From: Emiliania huxleyi CCMP1516
Lineage: Eukaryota
Assembly (NCBI RefSeq): GCF_000372725.1
Contig: NW_005201259.1
Span: 283,015 to 330,880 of the forward strand
Length of the DNA: 47,866 nt
Reading direction: 5' to 3'
Shown here: positions 16,503 through 27,662 of the stretch, piece after piece
Position numbering within the stretch: the first letter of the stretch is position 1
How the letters are laid out: every line of letters begins with the position of its first letter
Program-made: the position numbers and the translations under genes
The notes under the pieces: generated by a model
Database searches by the model: none
What the model was told of the DNA's origin: nothing
The model's input: the letters and a program-made list of their open reading frames with translations, nothing else

Positions 16503-19058
16503 ATGTCGGCTCCGGGTGTCGCGCATGGACCTGCCGCGGCACCCGTCAGCACGTCCTCGGATGCCGCGGTCCGGAGCGCGTTTGCAAAGTTCGACAAAAA
16601 CGGCTCCGGCGCCCTCGACGTCCGCGAGCTCCGCTCAGCGCTCGGCCAGCTCGGCCTCGAGGCAGGCCGCACGGAGGCGCAAGCAATCCTCTCCAAGTAC
16701 GACGCCGACGGCGGTGGCTCGCTCGAGCTGTCCGAGTTTCAGGCGCTCGTGGTGGACCTGAGGCGCTTCCAAGAGAGCTCAAAGCCGCCCGCGCCCTCGC
16801 CACCGTCGCCATCCTCAGGCTCAAAGCCGCCCGCTCCCTCGCCCGCGGCCAAGGCCCCCTCGCCCGCGGCCAAGGCCCCGCGCCTCGAGGATGCGCTCAA
16901 GGCCGCCGACGTCATTGCCATCCGCAACCAGACCCGGGATGACGTCGACCGGCTCTTCAACTTTTACGCCAAGCTGCGGTGCGCGGCCGCCCCGCACCCC
17001 TCATTGCTACCGTTTCTTGGCGCCCTCACCACTGCCCTCACCGCCGCCCTTCTCAGCACTGCCGGCGCGGACGTGCGGTCACCCACACTCGAGCTCGACG
17101 AGATGAACCACATGCTCACCGACTTTGGCCTCCTCGCGCGCATCGCCGAGCCTCGAGCGGCCAAGCTGGGCCCGGCTCCGCCTCAGTCACCCATTAGCTA
17201 CACGCGCGAAGCGGCGCGGTCTGCCTTTGCGCAGGCTGCGACGGGAAAACATACGTCGAATGCGAAGCGCGACGCGCTGGGGCGCAACGCCTTCTTCGAG
17301 TTCCTGCTCCGGCTCGTCCTCGGCAGCGACACGAACCCACCTTTCGCGGCCACGGATGGAGCGGGCAAGCGGCTCCACGCGCTCCTGCGCTGCTTCAAGG
17401 TTGGCGAGGGAGCACAGGCCATGCGCGCGTGCTTCACTGACTTGCGCGGCGCCGTGCCGCCCTCGCTCAAGAGCCAGAGCTCGGCCAACGCTGCGATCGC
17501 TGCCGACGTGGCGGGCTCGCCCGATGCACCGCGCTTCAAGCGGTACGGCTCTCAGGCCGACGCTGCCGCCACCCGGGTGCAAGCAACGTACAAGGGGTCG
17601 CTGGCGCGGCGCAAGACGGGCGAGCGCAGGCGGGAGCAGAGCGCTGCAAGCTCGACGAGCGACTCCCTCGTGACGGATCCCATCCGGAGGGCCTTTGAGG
17701 CCCTCGACCGAGACCACTCTGGCAGCCTCGACAGCCGTGAGCTGCGCTCTGCGCTTCGCAAACTTGGCCTCACCGAGGTGGACGCCGACGCGACCAAGGC
17801 AATCATGCGCAAGTACGACACCGACAAGGGCGGTAGGATCGAGCTCGTCGAGTTTGCGTCGCTCGTCCACGACATTCGCCGATTCCAGGATCCGGGGTAC
17901 CAAGCGCCGCCGGTCGCGACCAAGCCGCCGCTTCCGCGTGCCGTGGGTGCCACCGCTGAGAAAGCATCGCCTCTCGGACCGGGGGTGAAGGAGCTGCTCT
18001 GCGAGAAGAGAATGCCGCTGGCACTTGTGCCAGGTCAGATATACTCCTTTTGCGTGGGTGCGCACGAGCACCTCGAGCTCCTCTCGGTCAAGAACACCGA
18101 CGCGCAGCTGCTAGTCTCGGCACGCGATACCGCCGACCGCAGTCGCGTGAGTGGCGCGACCCTCTTTGACGGCGCCGTCTACTTTCACCAGCCGCGCGGC
18201 TCGGACGTCCGCGGTGGGACGGCTTGGTCAATGCCGGGGCCGTTCGTGTACGAGCTTCGCGCCACGCGAGGAAGCTCGGCCGACGGGGCGACAAAGACTG
18301 AGCCAGTTCATGTCCTGCTCCGCACCGTGTCGCTCTTTGCGGCATCAGAGGCTCTGCCTGTCGGCACCGACCATCCTCTCCTCCAGTCAGCCTCGCCGCA
18401 CAAGCCCCCCTCCGTCTTCTCGCGCCAAGCCCTAGCGCAGAGTCCCTCACCCCCAGAGTCGCATGCGAGGCATGGATCGCCTGCGGCGGCTGGATTGACG
18501 GAGGGCGCCATTGTCGCCGCTTTCCGCGTGTTCGAGGCTGATAGCAGTGGCACGATTGTGACGGCCAACCTCCGCGCTGCACTGCTGCGAGCCGGAGTAG
18601 ACGCGTCCAACGACCTCGCCTCCGAGATCTATGCTGACCTCAGCACCCGGGCGCAACAGGCGATTGACCTACCGGCCTTCCGGCGAATCGTCCGCGCCGT
18701 CCACGACCACTCTGCGGTTGGCTGCACAGCGGGGGGCACGGCTGCCACCGGGTCCACCAATGTGCTACATGTAGGAAGGGCGGCCCTCGCGAACAGCGAA
18801 CACGCCGCTGGGCCACCAACCCCGTATGAGGCGTACATGGCGGCGGGCCTCGCCCGCCTGCAGAACGGCAGTGCATCGCCGGTATCGCCGTCGAAGCCCT
18901 CCACGCAGAGCTCAGCTTGCTCGAGGCTGGGTGGGCGGCAGGCGGTCAAGGGCAAGGGATCGGGTCGTGCAGGCTTACACGCAGACGCCTATCGAGCGGC
19001 GTATGCCTTGCCTGGGCGAGGGGGGAGGCCAGGAACCCCAAACAGCCTGTCGGCGTAA
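16503..19058 (+). CDS. Large EF-hand calcium-binding protein with an IQ motif
   Basis: EF loops DKNGSGALDVRE, DADGGGSLELSE, DRDHSGSLDSRE, DTDKGGRIELVE and degenerate EADSSGTIVTAN. IQ-like ATRVQATYKGSLARRK. Probable ATG at 16503; in-frame introns are possible. Confidence 0.85.
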   Translation: MSAPGVAHGPAAAPVSTSSDAAVRSAFAKFDKNGSGALDVRELRSALGQLGLEAGRTEAQAILSKYDADGGGSLELSEFQALVVDLRRFQESSKPPAPSPPSPSSGSKPPAPSPAAKAPSPAAKAPRLEDALKAADVIAIRNQTRDDVDRLFNFYAKLRCAAAPHPSLLPFLGALTTALTAALLSTAGADVRSPTLELDEMNHMLTDFGLLARIAEPRAAKLGPAPPQSPISYTREAARSAFAQAATGKHTSNAKRDALGRNAFFEFLLRLVLGSDTNPPFAATDGAGKRLHALLRCFKVGEGAQAMRACFTDLRGAVPPSLKSQSSANAAIAADVAGSPDAPRFKRYGSQADAAATRVQATYKGSLARRKTGERRREQSAASSTSDSLVTDPIRRAFEALDRDHSGSLDSRELRSALRKLGLTEVDADATKAIMRKYDTDKGGRIELVEFASLVHDIRRFQDPGYQAPPVATKPPLPRAVGATAEKASPLGPGVKELLCEKRMPLALVPGQIYSFCVGAHEHLELLSVKNTDAQLLVSARDTADRSRVSGATLFDGAVYFHQPRGSDVRGGTAWSMPGPFVYELRATRGSSADGATKTEPVHVLLRTVSLFAASEALPVGTDHPLLQSASPHKPPSVFSRQALAQSPSPPESHARHGSPAAAGLTEGAIVAAFRVFEADSSGTIVTANLRAALLRAGVDASNDLASEIYADLSTRAQQAIDLPAFRRIVRAVHDHSAVGCTAGGTAATGSTNVLHVGRAALANSEHAAGPPTPYEAYMAAGLARLQNGSASPVSPSKPSTQSSACSRLGGRQAVKGKGSGRAGLHADAYRAAYALPGRGGRPGTPNSLSA

Positions 19059-19630
19059 CTCAGGGGTCGTGCGCAGACCGTGCTCCGAGGTCGCAAAGTA
19101 TCATGTCGTGGGTAGGGATCCTCTCTCTAAGGGATCCCTATGGGCTCATGTGAGATGTGGGGTCAAAATGTGGCGAGCACGGAGTAGAGTGTCGGCGAGG
19201 CGCGCATCTCCATCTGCCATGTGCATGAAGTTCAAATATCAAATTGTGGAGGGGGGCACAGGGGGCTAGAGCTGCCTGTGCCTCGAAGCTGCCACAAACG
19301 TTAACTTTTTTACTTTTCGGGTATTATCCGCACTGGACGCTGGGGCAGACCGCTCTCCTCGGCCAAGAGTAATGCGCGAGATGAGCGCAAGATGTATGTA
19401 CATGGTCGATCGATCCGTCACTCTTGAGGGTGCCCACCGCCGGCTTCCCTCCAATCGCACATCGTGGCGAGCACCAACGCCTCTTGGAGCACTTGTGAAC
19501 TTACGGTCGCTTTCTTTGGGTGTTCGCATACAGATTTCGTAATTGTAAGACTTGCAATTCGCGTCGCCCGGGCGCCCACCGGAGAGTTGATAGGTGCTTG
19601 TCCCGACGGGACGCGACACCCCCTCGGGGA

Positions 19631-20794
19631 ATGGGTGCGGCGCCGTGGCTCTGCCTCCTCTGCGTCGCGTCCGTCTCAATGACGCTGGGAAACAAGGCGT
19701 TGATGATGGGGCCGCTCGCGGCGAACAAGCATCTCGTGCTTGTCTTTCAGAATGCCATCTCTGTCACGGTACTCAACGGCGGAGCTCTGGCGGGTCTGAT
19801 CTCGTTTGAGCGCGTCGATCGGCGGCAGCTGCTCTTTTATGTCTGGGACGCAGCGATGCTGGTTGTGCAGCTTTTCACCTCGTTCGTCGCGCTGCAGCAC
19901 CTGCCGGTTGCGACGACGACGGTTGTCCGCGCCCTCGCCATCCCTCTCGTCGCCTGGAGCGAGCTTCTGGTGATGGGGACGCGGCTACCGGCCTCCAAGC
20001 AGGCGAGTGCTGCCGTGGTGATGGCAGGCGCCCTGCTCTACGCGCGCGAGGACCTGGTGGGCCAATCCTCCTCGCAGAGCGTCACGGGCGCACCACCTGC
20101 CCCCGGCGCGACCGCCGAGTAGATGCCGCGCCGCGACCGCTTCGCGCGCCCTGGCCGCAGGCTACCTCTTTGCCCTCTTCAACCTCCTCGCGTACACCTC
20201 CAACGCTCTCCTCGACCGCGTGATGATGTCATCGTCAAAGCAGTCGGCGGCCGGTATGGCCATGTACACCCAGGCGCTATCCATACCAATCTGCTTGATC
20301 GAGGGCGGCGCAGCCTCGGCCCTCGGCGCTGCAGCATGGCTCTCGCCACGCACGCGGCCACACAACATCTATAGGTGCACTCTTCCACAGCGTCTCCCCC
20401 TCCTCTGCTGCGGCGCCAGCTGAGTGCTCGGCCCAAGGGGCCCAAGACACGCGGCGGCAGCGCTTGAGCGGCCGGGCTGTAGGCGTTGTTCGGCGGGCTC
20501 GACGCCAGTCACGGCTGCGCGCTCCTCGTCACGGGCGTCGGCGCCGCGCTCCTCGGGAGTTGCTTTGCGATGTGCTACAAGAGGGCATCTGCCACCACCG
20601 TGACCATCGCGGGCAACGTCAACCGGGTTGTCTGCGCGCTCGCGGGCGGCGCCATTTTCCCCGGCAAGAGCCTGACGGTGGAGCAGGCGCTGGGCATGGC
20701 GGTGTGCCTCAGCGGTGCGACCTCGTACTCGCTGGTTGGCGCGCGTCAGCGCGACGGCGGCAGCGGCAGGGAGAAGCGAGCGAAGGGATCGTGA
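19631..20794 (+). CDS. Nucleotide-sugar transporter (GONST / GDP-sugar-like, DMT superfamily), about 3 exons
   Basis: SVSMTLGNKAL, VLVFQN, ALQHLPVATTTVVRAL, SATTVTIAGNVNR and multiple transmembrane helices. Acceptors at ~20160 and ~20482. Confidence 0.85.
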
Positions 20795-21059
20795 GAGGTG
20801 CCCCTGGGACCGCGCGACCGCGCGTTTTTCTGTTCTCGTTCTCGCGGTCTCGTGTTCAGCATCCATGGTGTGTGAGCTCTTGTGTACGTCCATATCAATA
20901 TTACTTATCACGGACACGTGTGTGGCGAGGCTGTGCCGTCCCTCGTGTTAAACGGTTAGGACCACGACCGTCACGCTCACACACTGCGGGTCTGCCTACA
21001 CCGTGCGCTGCCCTCTCGGAGTCGGACGCACCGAGAGTATCCGAGCCTGCACGAAGAGG

Positions 21060-21988
21060 TCACCCCGCGATGACCACCTCGACGTTCCTGCGCACGCGTG
21101 ACGAGTCGTCCGCCTTCTCGACGAGGTCGACGCTGTCAAAAGCCCCGTACAGCGCGTCGGACGCGAGACCGTGCGTGATGACGACGGCGGTCTCGCACGG
21201 CACGCACCGCAACAGCTCCGCCATCGCCGCCTGCCCGCGGGCGTCCATGTGCTGCATCACCTCGTCAAAGACGAGGTAGCCGCACGACAGGCCGAGCCGC
21301 GCGCGCGCAAAGTCAGCGAAGGCGAGCGAGAGCGCAAAGGCGAGCCGGCGCCACTCGCCGCCTGAGAGCTGCGAGACGGAGCGCACGCGTTCGTCCCCGC
21401 CCGGCCGCACCAGCCGCACACTCTTCTGGATCGCGCCGCGCTTGGCGTCAAAGGCTAGCGCGAGCTGGAGGGTGCCCGCCGAGAGCAGTCCGGAGTAGCG
21501 CGCCGCTGAGAGCTGCAGCTGGTCTATCGCGAGCTCGTAGAGCAAGTTTTGCACGCCGCGCTTGCCAAAGTGCTCACCGAGCTCGCCCATCGTGCGCTGC
21601 GCGCGCTCCGCTCGCTTCCTCTCCGCCTCAAGCGCCGTGCGCCGCGCGCTCGCCTCGGTGCGCCGTGCATCCATGTCCGCCAGCAGCAGCGCGCTTGGGT
21701 TGGTCTCAGCGCGCAGCGACGCGACGGCCGCCAAAGCACGCGCCGCTCTCGCCTCCGCCTCCGCTGCCGCCTCCTTGGCAGCCGCCTCCACCCGCACCTC
21801 GCGCACGAGCGCCTTCTCGCGCAAGGACGCCCACCGGCCGACTTCGGACTGCAGCTCCGCCGCCCGGCCGTCGAGCGCGCGCAGCCGCTCCGCCTCCTCG
21901 GCTGCCGCCCTCCGCCGCTCCTCCTCCTGCACGCACGCCTCCGCCTCCGCCTCCGCCTGCGTGGCCCCCGCCGCCCGCCACGCCTGCT

Positions 21989-22020
<32 letters not shown>

Positions 22021-25000
22021 TCCTGCGACTCCAGAACCGCCCGCTCCGCCTCCCACGCCGCAACCTGCAGCCCGTCTCGCGCCTCCCTCGCGTCGCGCAA
22101 ACGGCCCGTTGCCACGCGCAACGCCGCCTCGCTCGCCTCCGCCGCTGCCGCCAGCTCCGCCAGCCTCGCCCGAAAGTGCTCGATCGTCACCGATTGCCCA
22201 CAACTCGCGCAGACACCGCCGGAGAGCGCGCCGTCGGCGCCAGCGCCATCCTCGATCAACGTCGCGGCCTCCCCGCCGCCCGCCGCCTCGCTGCTCGCGT
22301 GCGCACTCGCCGCCCCAACCGGCCGCCTGACTGGCACCTGCGCCCTCTGCTCCTCGATCCGTTGCCGGACTGCGAACGCCGCGCCCCTCAGCTCCGCCGC
22401 CTCGGCCTCGAGAGCCGCCAGCACCTCCGCACCACCCAACCGCTCCGCGCCACCGCCGCTGCCGCTGCGCGCAAGCGAGGCCGCGGTCTCGTCGAGCGCC
22501 GCACGGAGCGCCGCCCCGCCCTCGCTTCTCAGCCGCGCGCTGGCCGCCTCCCGCCTCGCGGCAGGCCACTGCCACCCGTCGGCCGCAACTCGATGCATCT
22601 GCAGCCGGCCGCCGGCCGCCGCGAGCCCCTCCCGCGCGCGCTCCGCGGCCGCCTTCGCCTCGAGCGTCGCCGCGGCGGCGGCGTGAGCTCCCTCGATTGC
22701 AGCACGGAGCCGCTCGGGCGCCGCGAGCGCGCCCGAAGTCATCTTGGCGCGGTGCGCATCCCGCGCCTCGACAGCCGCGTCGAGGGCCGCCCGCGCCCGC
22801 TCGAGTGCGCCGTTGCAATCCTGCAGGCTCGTCCCCCCCTCGCCGGCGGCCGCGACGGGCTTTGCGGCGGCGCGCTCCGCCTCCGCCGCCGCCGCCGCCG
22901 CGCTCGCCTCCACCTCTGCGGCAGAGACTCGCGCGGCCCGCGCGGCCTCCCACGCGGCCGACTCCGCGGCCGCCGCCTCGCGCGCCTGCGCAGCGCGGGC
23001 CGCGTGCGCCACGGCGGCGTCTAGCTCTCCCGCCGCCCGCGCCGCCGCCTCCCGCGCCTGCGCGGCGCGCGTGCGAGCGCCCTCCGCGGCCGCCTCCCAG
23101 AGGCCAAGCGGGAGCAGCGCCTGCAGCTCCGCCTTGAGGGCGGCGTCTGTCTTGTCGAGCAGGCCGCCGCCCATGTGCTGCCCGAAGAAGGCCACTGTGC
23201 CGACGTGCCGCGCGCGCAGGTGCTCCTCGACCTGCGCCTGCACCTGCGCCAAAGTGCCCTCATGCACCTGCGCGTGGGGTGGGCCTGTGAGCAGATGCCA
23301 TGCACCCGCGGCGCCGTCCGCGACCAAGCAGGACGCCTGGCCACCGAGCACAAAGCGGAGAGAGTGCTCTCGCCTCCCCATCGTCCGCGTCACCTCAAAC
23401 GGAACGGGCGCCGCACCGCCGCCCTCGCCGCCCTCGCCGCCCCCGCCTTCGCCGTCCCCACCTTGCAGCACGCCGCCGCTCACCTCGCCTCGCAAGCTCA
23501 CCACCGCCCGCGACGCCCCCTCGCTAATCACACCCCTCGCCTCGACGGGCTTGCCGTTGGCGCGCGCGTCTGTGCTGCCCGTCAGCGCCCACAACGGCGC
23601 CATCGCCAGCGTGGTCTTGCCCGCGCCGTTGCTCGACCCTTGGCCCTCGCCGCCAGCATCACCCTCGGGGAGGGCCTCGCCGCTGGCCTCGCCGCCGCCG
23701 CCGCCTCCCGCCGCCGCGCAAGCGCCCTGGAGCAGCAGCAGGCCTCGCCCGCGCAAGTCGTACTCTGTCGGCCGGTCAAAGGAGCCAAACCCGTCCAGCG
23801 TCACGGCGTGCAGCCGCAGCTGCACCGGCGGCGGCAGCTGCAGCCTCGCGTTCGCCGCGCACGCGGAGAGCACCTCCTGCCCGGCGGCGACGAGTGGCTC
23901 GCTGAGCCCCCTCGCGGCGGCGTACCGCGCAAACAGCGCCTCGGGCTCGAGAATGTCCGCTGCCCCGGCAGCCGCCGCCGCCGCCCTCGCCGCCGCCGCC
24001 GCCGCCTCGCCCCCCTCGGCCGCCTCGGCCGCCTCGATCGAGACCGGACGGCGCAGCTCGACGGCGGCGCCGCGGCGCCGCTGCTGCGCCGCAAACTCGA
24101 GCAGCGGCTCGTCGATCTGGTCGGCCAGCAGCAGAGCGCGGTCACCAGACCGCAGGCTCGCGCCGAGGTCCGCGAGCTCCGACCTGCGGGACGTGTCGAG
24201 GACGTGTCGAGGATGCGACAGGGCGCGTGCCGGTGCACGTGTGTCGGCGGGCGCCGGGCTGAGCGCGGCGCCGGTCGTGGCGGTGCGAGCGGAGTGGATG
24301 TAAGAGAGGCGGAGGCATGGAAGCTGAGGCGAGCTGCCCAGAGGTGCGGGAAAGCAGAGAGGGGCGCATGTCGCGGGGGCGGTGTCGCTCCGACCTGCCC
24401 GGCTGCGAGAGCACGTGGTGCCTCCGGCCGATGCTGAGCGGCACCTCCTCCGCCACCCGCCACCCGCGTGCGCTGTCGACCACCAGCAGCGCCTTGCGCT
24501 GCCCCGCCTCGGACATCGACGTCTGGTACGGAGAGCCGACGTACCGGATAGCGCGGCCCTTGGCGGCTGGCTCGGGGACGGAGTGCGGGTTGTGGTAGTG
24601 GCCCGAAAAGACGCGCACCGGCGGCAGCGGGAAGGCGTCTGCGGTGAGGCCCTGGGTGGCCACGCGCCTATACGCCATTCGCGGCTCGTGAGCAGCGGGC
24701 GCCCGTCACCGCACGAAGCCGCCAGCGTCGCCGGGCGGCCGGTCGCTCATCTGCGCGCCGACAATGTCGGCGTGGCAAAAGACGGCGTCGAGGCCTTCGT
24801 GGCCGTCAGATGCGGCGTGCTCGCACGCGGCGCGCAGCTCCGCGGCGGTCGTGCCATACGGAGCCCACAACGACGAGCCGAGCCGCGTCACGCGGCTGAA
24901 GACGGTGACCGAGCGGGGCAGCGCGAGCTGGAGGGGGGTCAGTGCGTGAAGCAGCGGGTCAGAGTTGCCACGCATGGCCTGGTCGTGGTTTCCCGGGATC

Positions 25001-25374
25001 ATGAGCATCGGCACGTCGTCGCCCCACGACGCGAGCTCCGAGAGCACCGTGTTTAGCTGCCGCGTCGACAGCACCCCACCCGTGTGCCAAAAATCGCCGA
25101 GGCAGGCGACGCCGGCGTTGCGGGCGCGCGCCTCGGCCGCCACGCGACGCAGAAGCTCGAGGCAGACCGGCAGCGTGTCCTGCCGCACATGCAGGTCCGA
25201 AAAGACGACCCACCTCTGCGGGAGCGCCGCGGCGACGTGCGTGGGCACCACGTCGTAGGACGGCCTCGGCTGCGAGTCGACGGCGAGTGAGGCGCGGGCG
25301 GAGGAGGAGCAGCGGTGCAGGTGGTGAGGAAGACGAGGCCGGATTGAGGTGGTGAGCACGTGAGATAGCATCAT
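21060..25374 (-). CDS. SbcD/Mre11-type metallophosphoesterase nuclease fused to an SbcC/Rad50 SMC-type ABC ATPase, with a putative organellar transit peptide
   Basis: Nuclease motifs FSDLH, LGDFWH, IPGNHD, FCHAD, SGHYH and YVGSPYQ. ATPase Walker A SNGAGKTT, Q-loop FFGQH, coiled coils with zinc hook CASC (22200-22211), signature LSGGE, Walker B LVFDEVMQHMD and H-loop VITH. Joined through introns at ~24668-24740 and ~24184-24393. Confidence 0.88.
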
Positions 25375-25421
25375 ACACATGTGGTATATCAGCCGGTGAG
25401 CTTCCGCGCCAGTCCGCGCCC

Positions 25422-26787
25422 GTAACTGCGGGATGTGGCAACAAAGTTGGGACAACCAAGCATGTTAGAAGCCTGAGCGGGGCTAAGCACACACACGGGC
25501 AGACTGCGAGAGTATCAGCATGCCTGACTGTGATGGCCATGCTTGGCACACGACGCAACCCCCACTACCTCTAGACAGGCTTGTGAGAGTTTATAGAGCG
25601 CGATGGGGATGGAGGGTGGGAGAACCTCCGCGCCGCACTGGCGCCTGCGCGCCGGGCGGGGCGCGCGCCTGCGCCCCCGCCCTGACGCGGCCCCGCCGAA
25701 GAACGGCGAGAACAATGGACGGGGACGTCCAATATGCGGATTACCATTGGACCACCGCCGTAGTAAATCTGATTGCGATTGGACGCCCGTTGAGGATGAG
25801 GGAGATCACACTCCCTCGACTGATCTGAACTCTGCTTCCCCATTCCCACAGTCACCGGTGCTCAACACTTGGGTGTCAAGCTGCAGTAACTGCGGGATGT
25901 GGCAACAAAGTTGGGACAACCAAGCATGTTAGAAGCCTGAGCGGGGCTAAGCACACACACGGGCAGACTGCGAGAGTATCAGCATGCCTGACTGTGATGG
26001 CCATGCTTGGCACACGACGCAACCCCAAACTGCGGCTTGACACCCCAAGTGAAAGCGGCCGGACATAGGTGAACCCACCGAAGGCCGCAGGGCACAGCGC
26101 AGGGAAGCAGAAACTGTCGCATCCGCGACGGTCGTAGAGGGCATTGAGCACTGTGCCCATCCGGCCCCCAGAGGCACGTGCCGTATGTTGCTCACGGCAT
26201 CTCCTCTCCGGTACAGCCAGCCTCCTAGCCCTTAATGCGAGGCGCAATGCAGCCAAGCACATCACAACTTGCTGTGCCATAGCTCCGTTGCTGGGTTCCT
26301 TTCGTAAGGGATTGACCAGCACCGTGTTCGCAAGTTACTTTCGTAGAGCTCGCTATGCACGGCCGGGGCACTGCGAGCTGTACCAACAAACGGCAGTCGC
26401 CAGCCAGACTGTCGCCAGAGAGAGCCGCACAGAGGCCGCGTTGGCCTTTGTGCGACCGGCAAAGGGCACCGACTGCGGGCCAAGAGGCACCGCCTCGGCC
26501 CCACGAAGGTCAGCCCAAGCTCAGAACCTCCGCGCCGCACTGGCGCCTGCGCGCCGGGCGGGGCGCGCGCCTGCGCCCCCGCCCTGACGCGGCCCCGCCG
26601 AAGAACGGCGAGAACAATGGACGGGGACGTCCAATATGCGGATTACCATTGGACCACCGCCGTAGTAAATCCGATTGCGATTGGACGCCCGTTGAGGATG
26701 AGGGAGATCACACTCCCTCGACTGATCTGAACTCTGCTTCCCCATTCCCACAGTCACCGGTGCTCAACACTTGGGTGTCAAGCTGCA
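25422..26787. mobile_element. Non-autonomous element with split direct repeats (Ngaro/PAT/TOC1-type tyrosine-recombinase retroelement architecture)
   Basis: 141-bp repeat at 25422-25562 and 25886-26026; 265-bp repeat at 25621-25885 and 26523-26787. The internal junction 25885/25886 joins the element's right end to its left end. No TSD. The flanks rejoin into the recurrent motif GCCAGTCCGCGCCC|TTGTCGTG. Confidence 0.8.
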
Positions 26788-27662
26788 TTGTCGTGTGCTC
26801 TGACGCAGGCTTGTTTTTTAAAATCTTGTCTCCTGCCTTTTGTAGCCGTCCGAGCCAGTCCGCTGTGAGAGGGCTTGGTAAAATTCTTTTCTGCTATTGC
26901 AATACTCGAACTCGAGTCATGCAAACCGCGGGGGCGGCGTGAAGTGCTTGGCCCCACGCCTATGGCTATGCCTTGTTGGTTGGTTGTCTGGCGCGAAGAA
27001 ATTTCTGTGCATTGACACCCATTTAACAACACGTTGCAGGCAAAATGGGGGGCCGCGATTTCGGCGTTAGTCGGAGAGGGATTTTCTCCTCTTACTTCTG
27101 GCAGCGTGGGCGCCGACCTGCATATTCCACGCTGGCCGCGCATCATGGTTCATGCTGCGCTTCGCGAGCAATCGCGTAACGGGAGTTGTGGCTTTTTGGA
27201 CGGCTTTTTTGGATTCTCCCGCCCTCCTCCCCTCTTTTGGATTTTTTGTTTGGGATTTTAGGGATTTTGAGTGCAACCACAACAAAGTCAGTCGGCTAAA
27301 TAAATCAGGCCTCGCTGGCAGATAGATAGCACTACCGTCAATCACGCCCTGCGTGGTGTATGTAGCTGGCTAGCTTGCCTTTCGATTCGTTCGTTCGATT
27401 CGATGTATTAGGCTAAGGGTGGTCCCTGTGCGCTGTACTTCTTTTCTGGGTCGTATTCACTGCAAATTCCTTAAGTAAGTGGTTGGTTGGTTGTCTGGCA
27501 GGGCCCTAGGGAACGTAGCATAGGCGGCCTCCAAGTTTTTCACGCGTCCCCTTCATTCGCCCCTTCACGCGCGTCCCCTCCCTGAAACCGTCCAACTTGG
27601 TGGGCCAGGAAGGTCCGGCTTCGGCGGGCGACTCCAGCTCGTCGCGGCCCATCGCGAGCCAC

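Noticed and set aside
21549..24437. Long plus-strand ORFs (491, 374, 519 and 420 aa)
   Set aside because: Antisense shadows of the GC-rich SbcC-like CDS, low complexity, no motifs. The same applies to most overlapping ORFs in the track.
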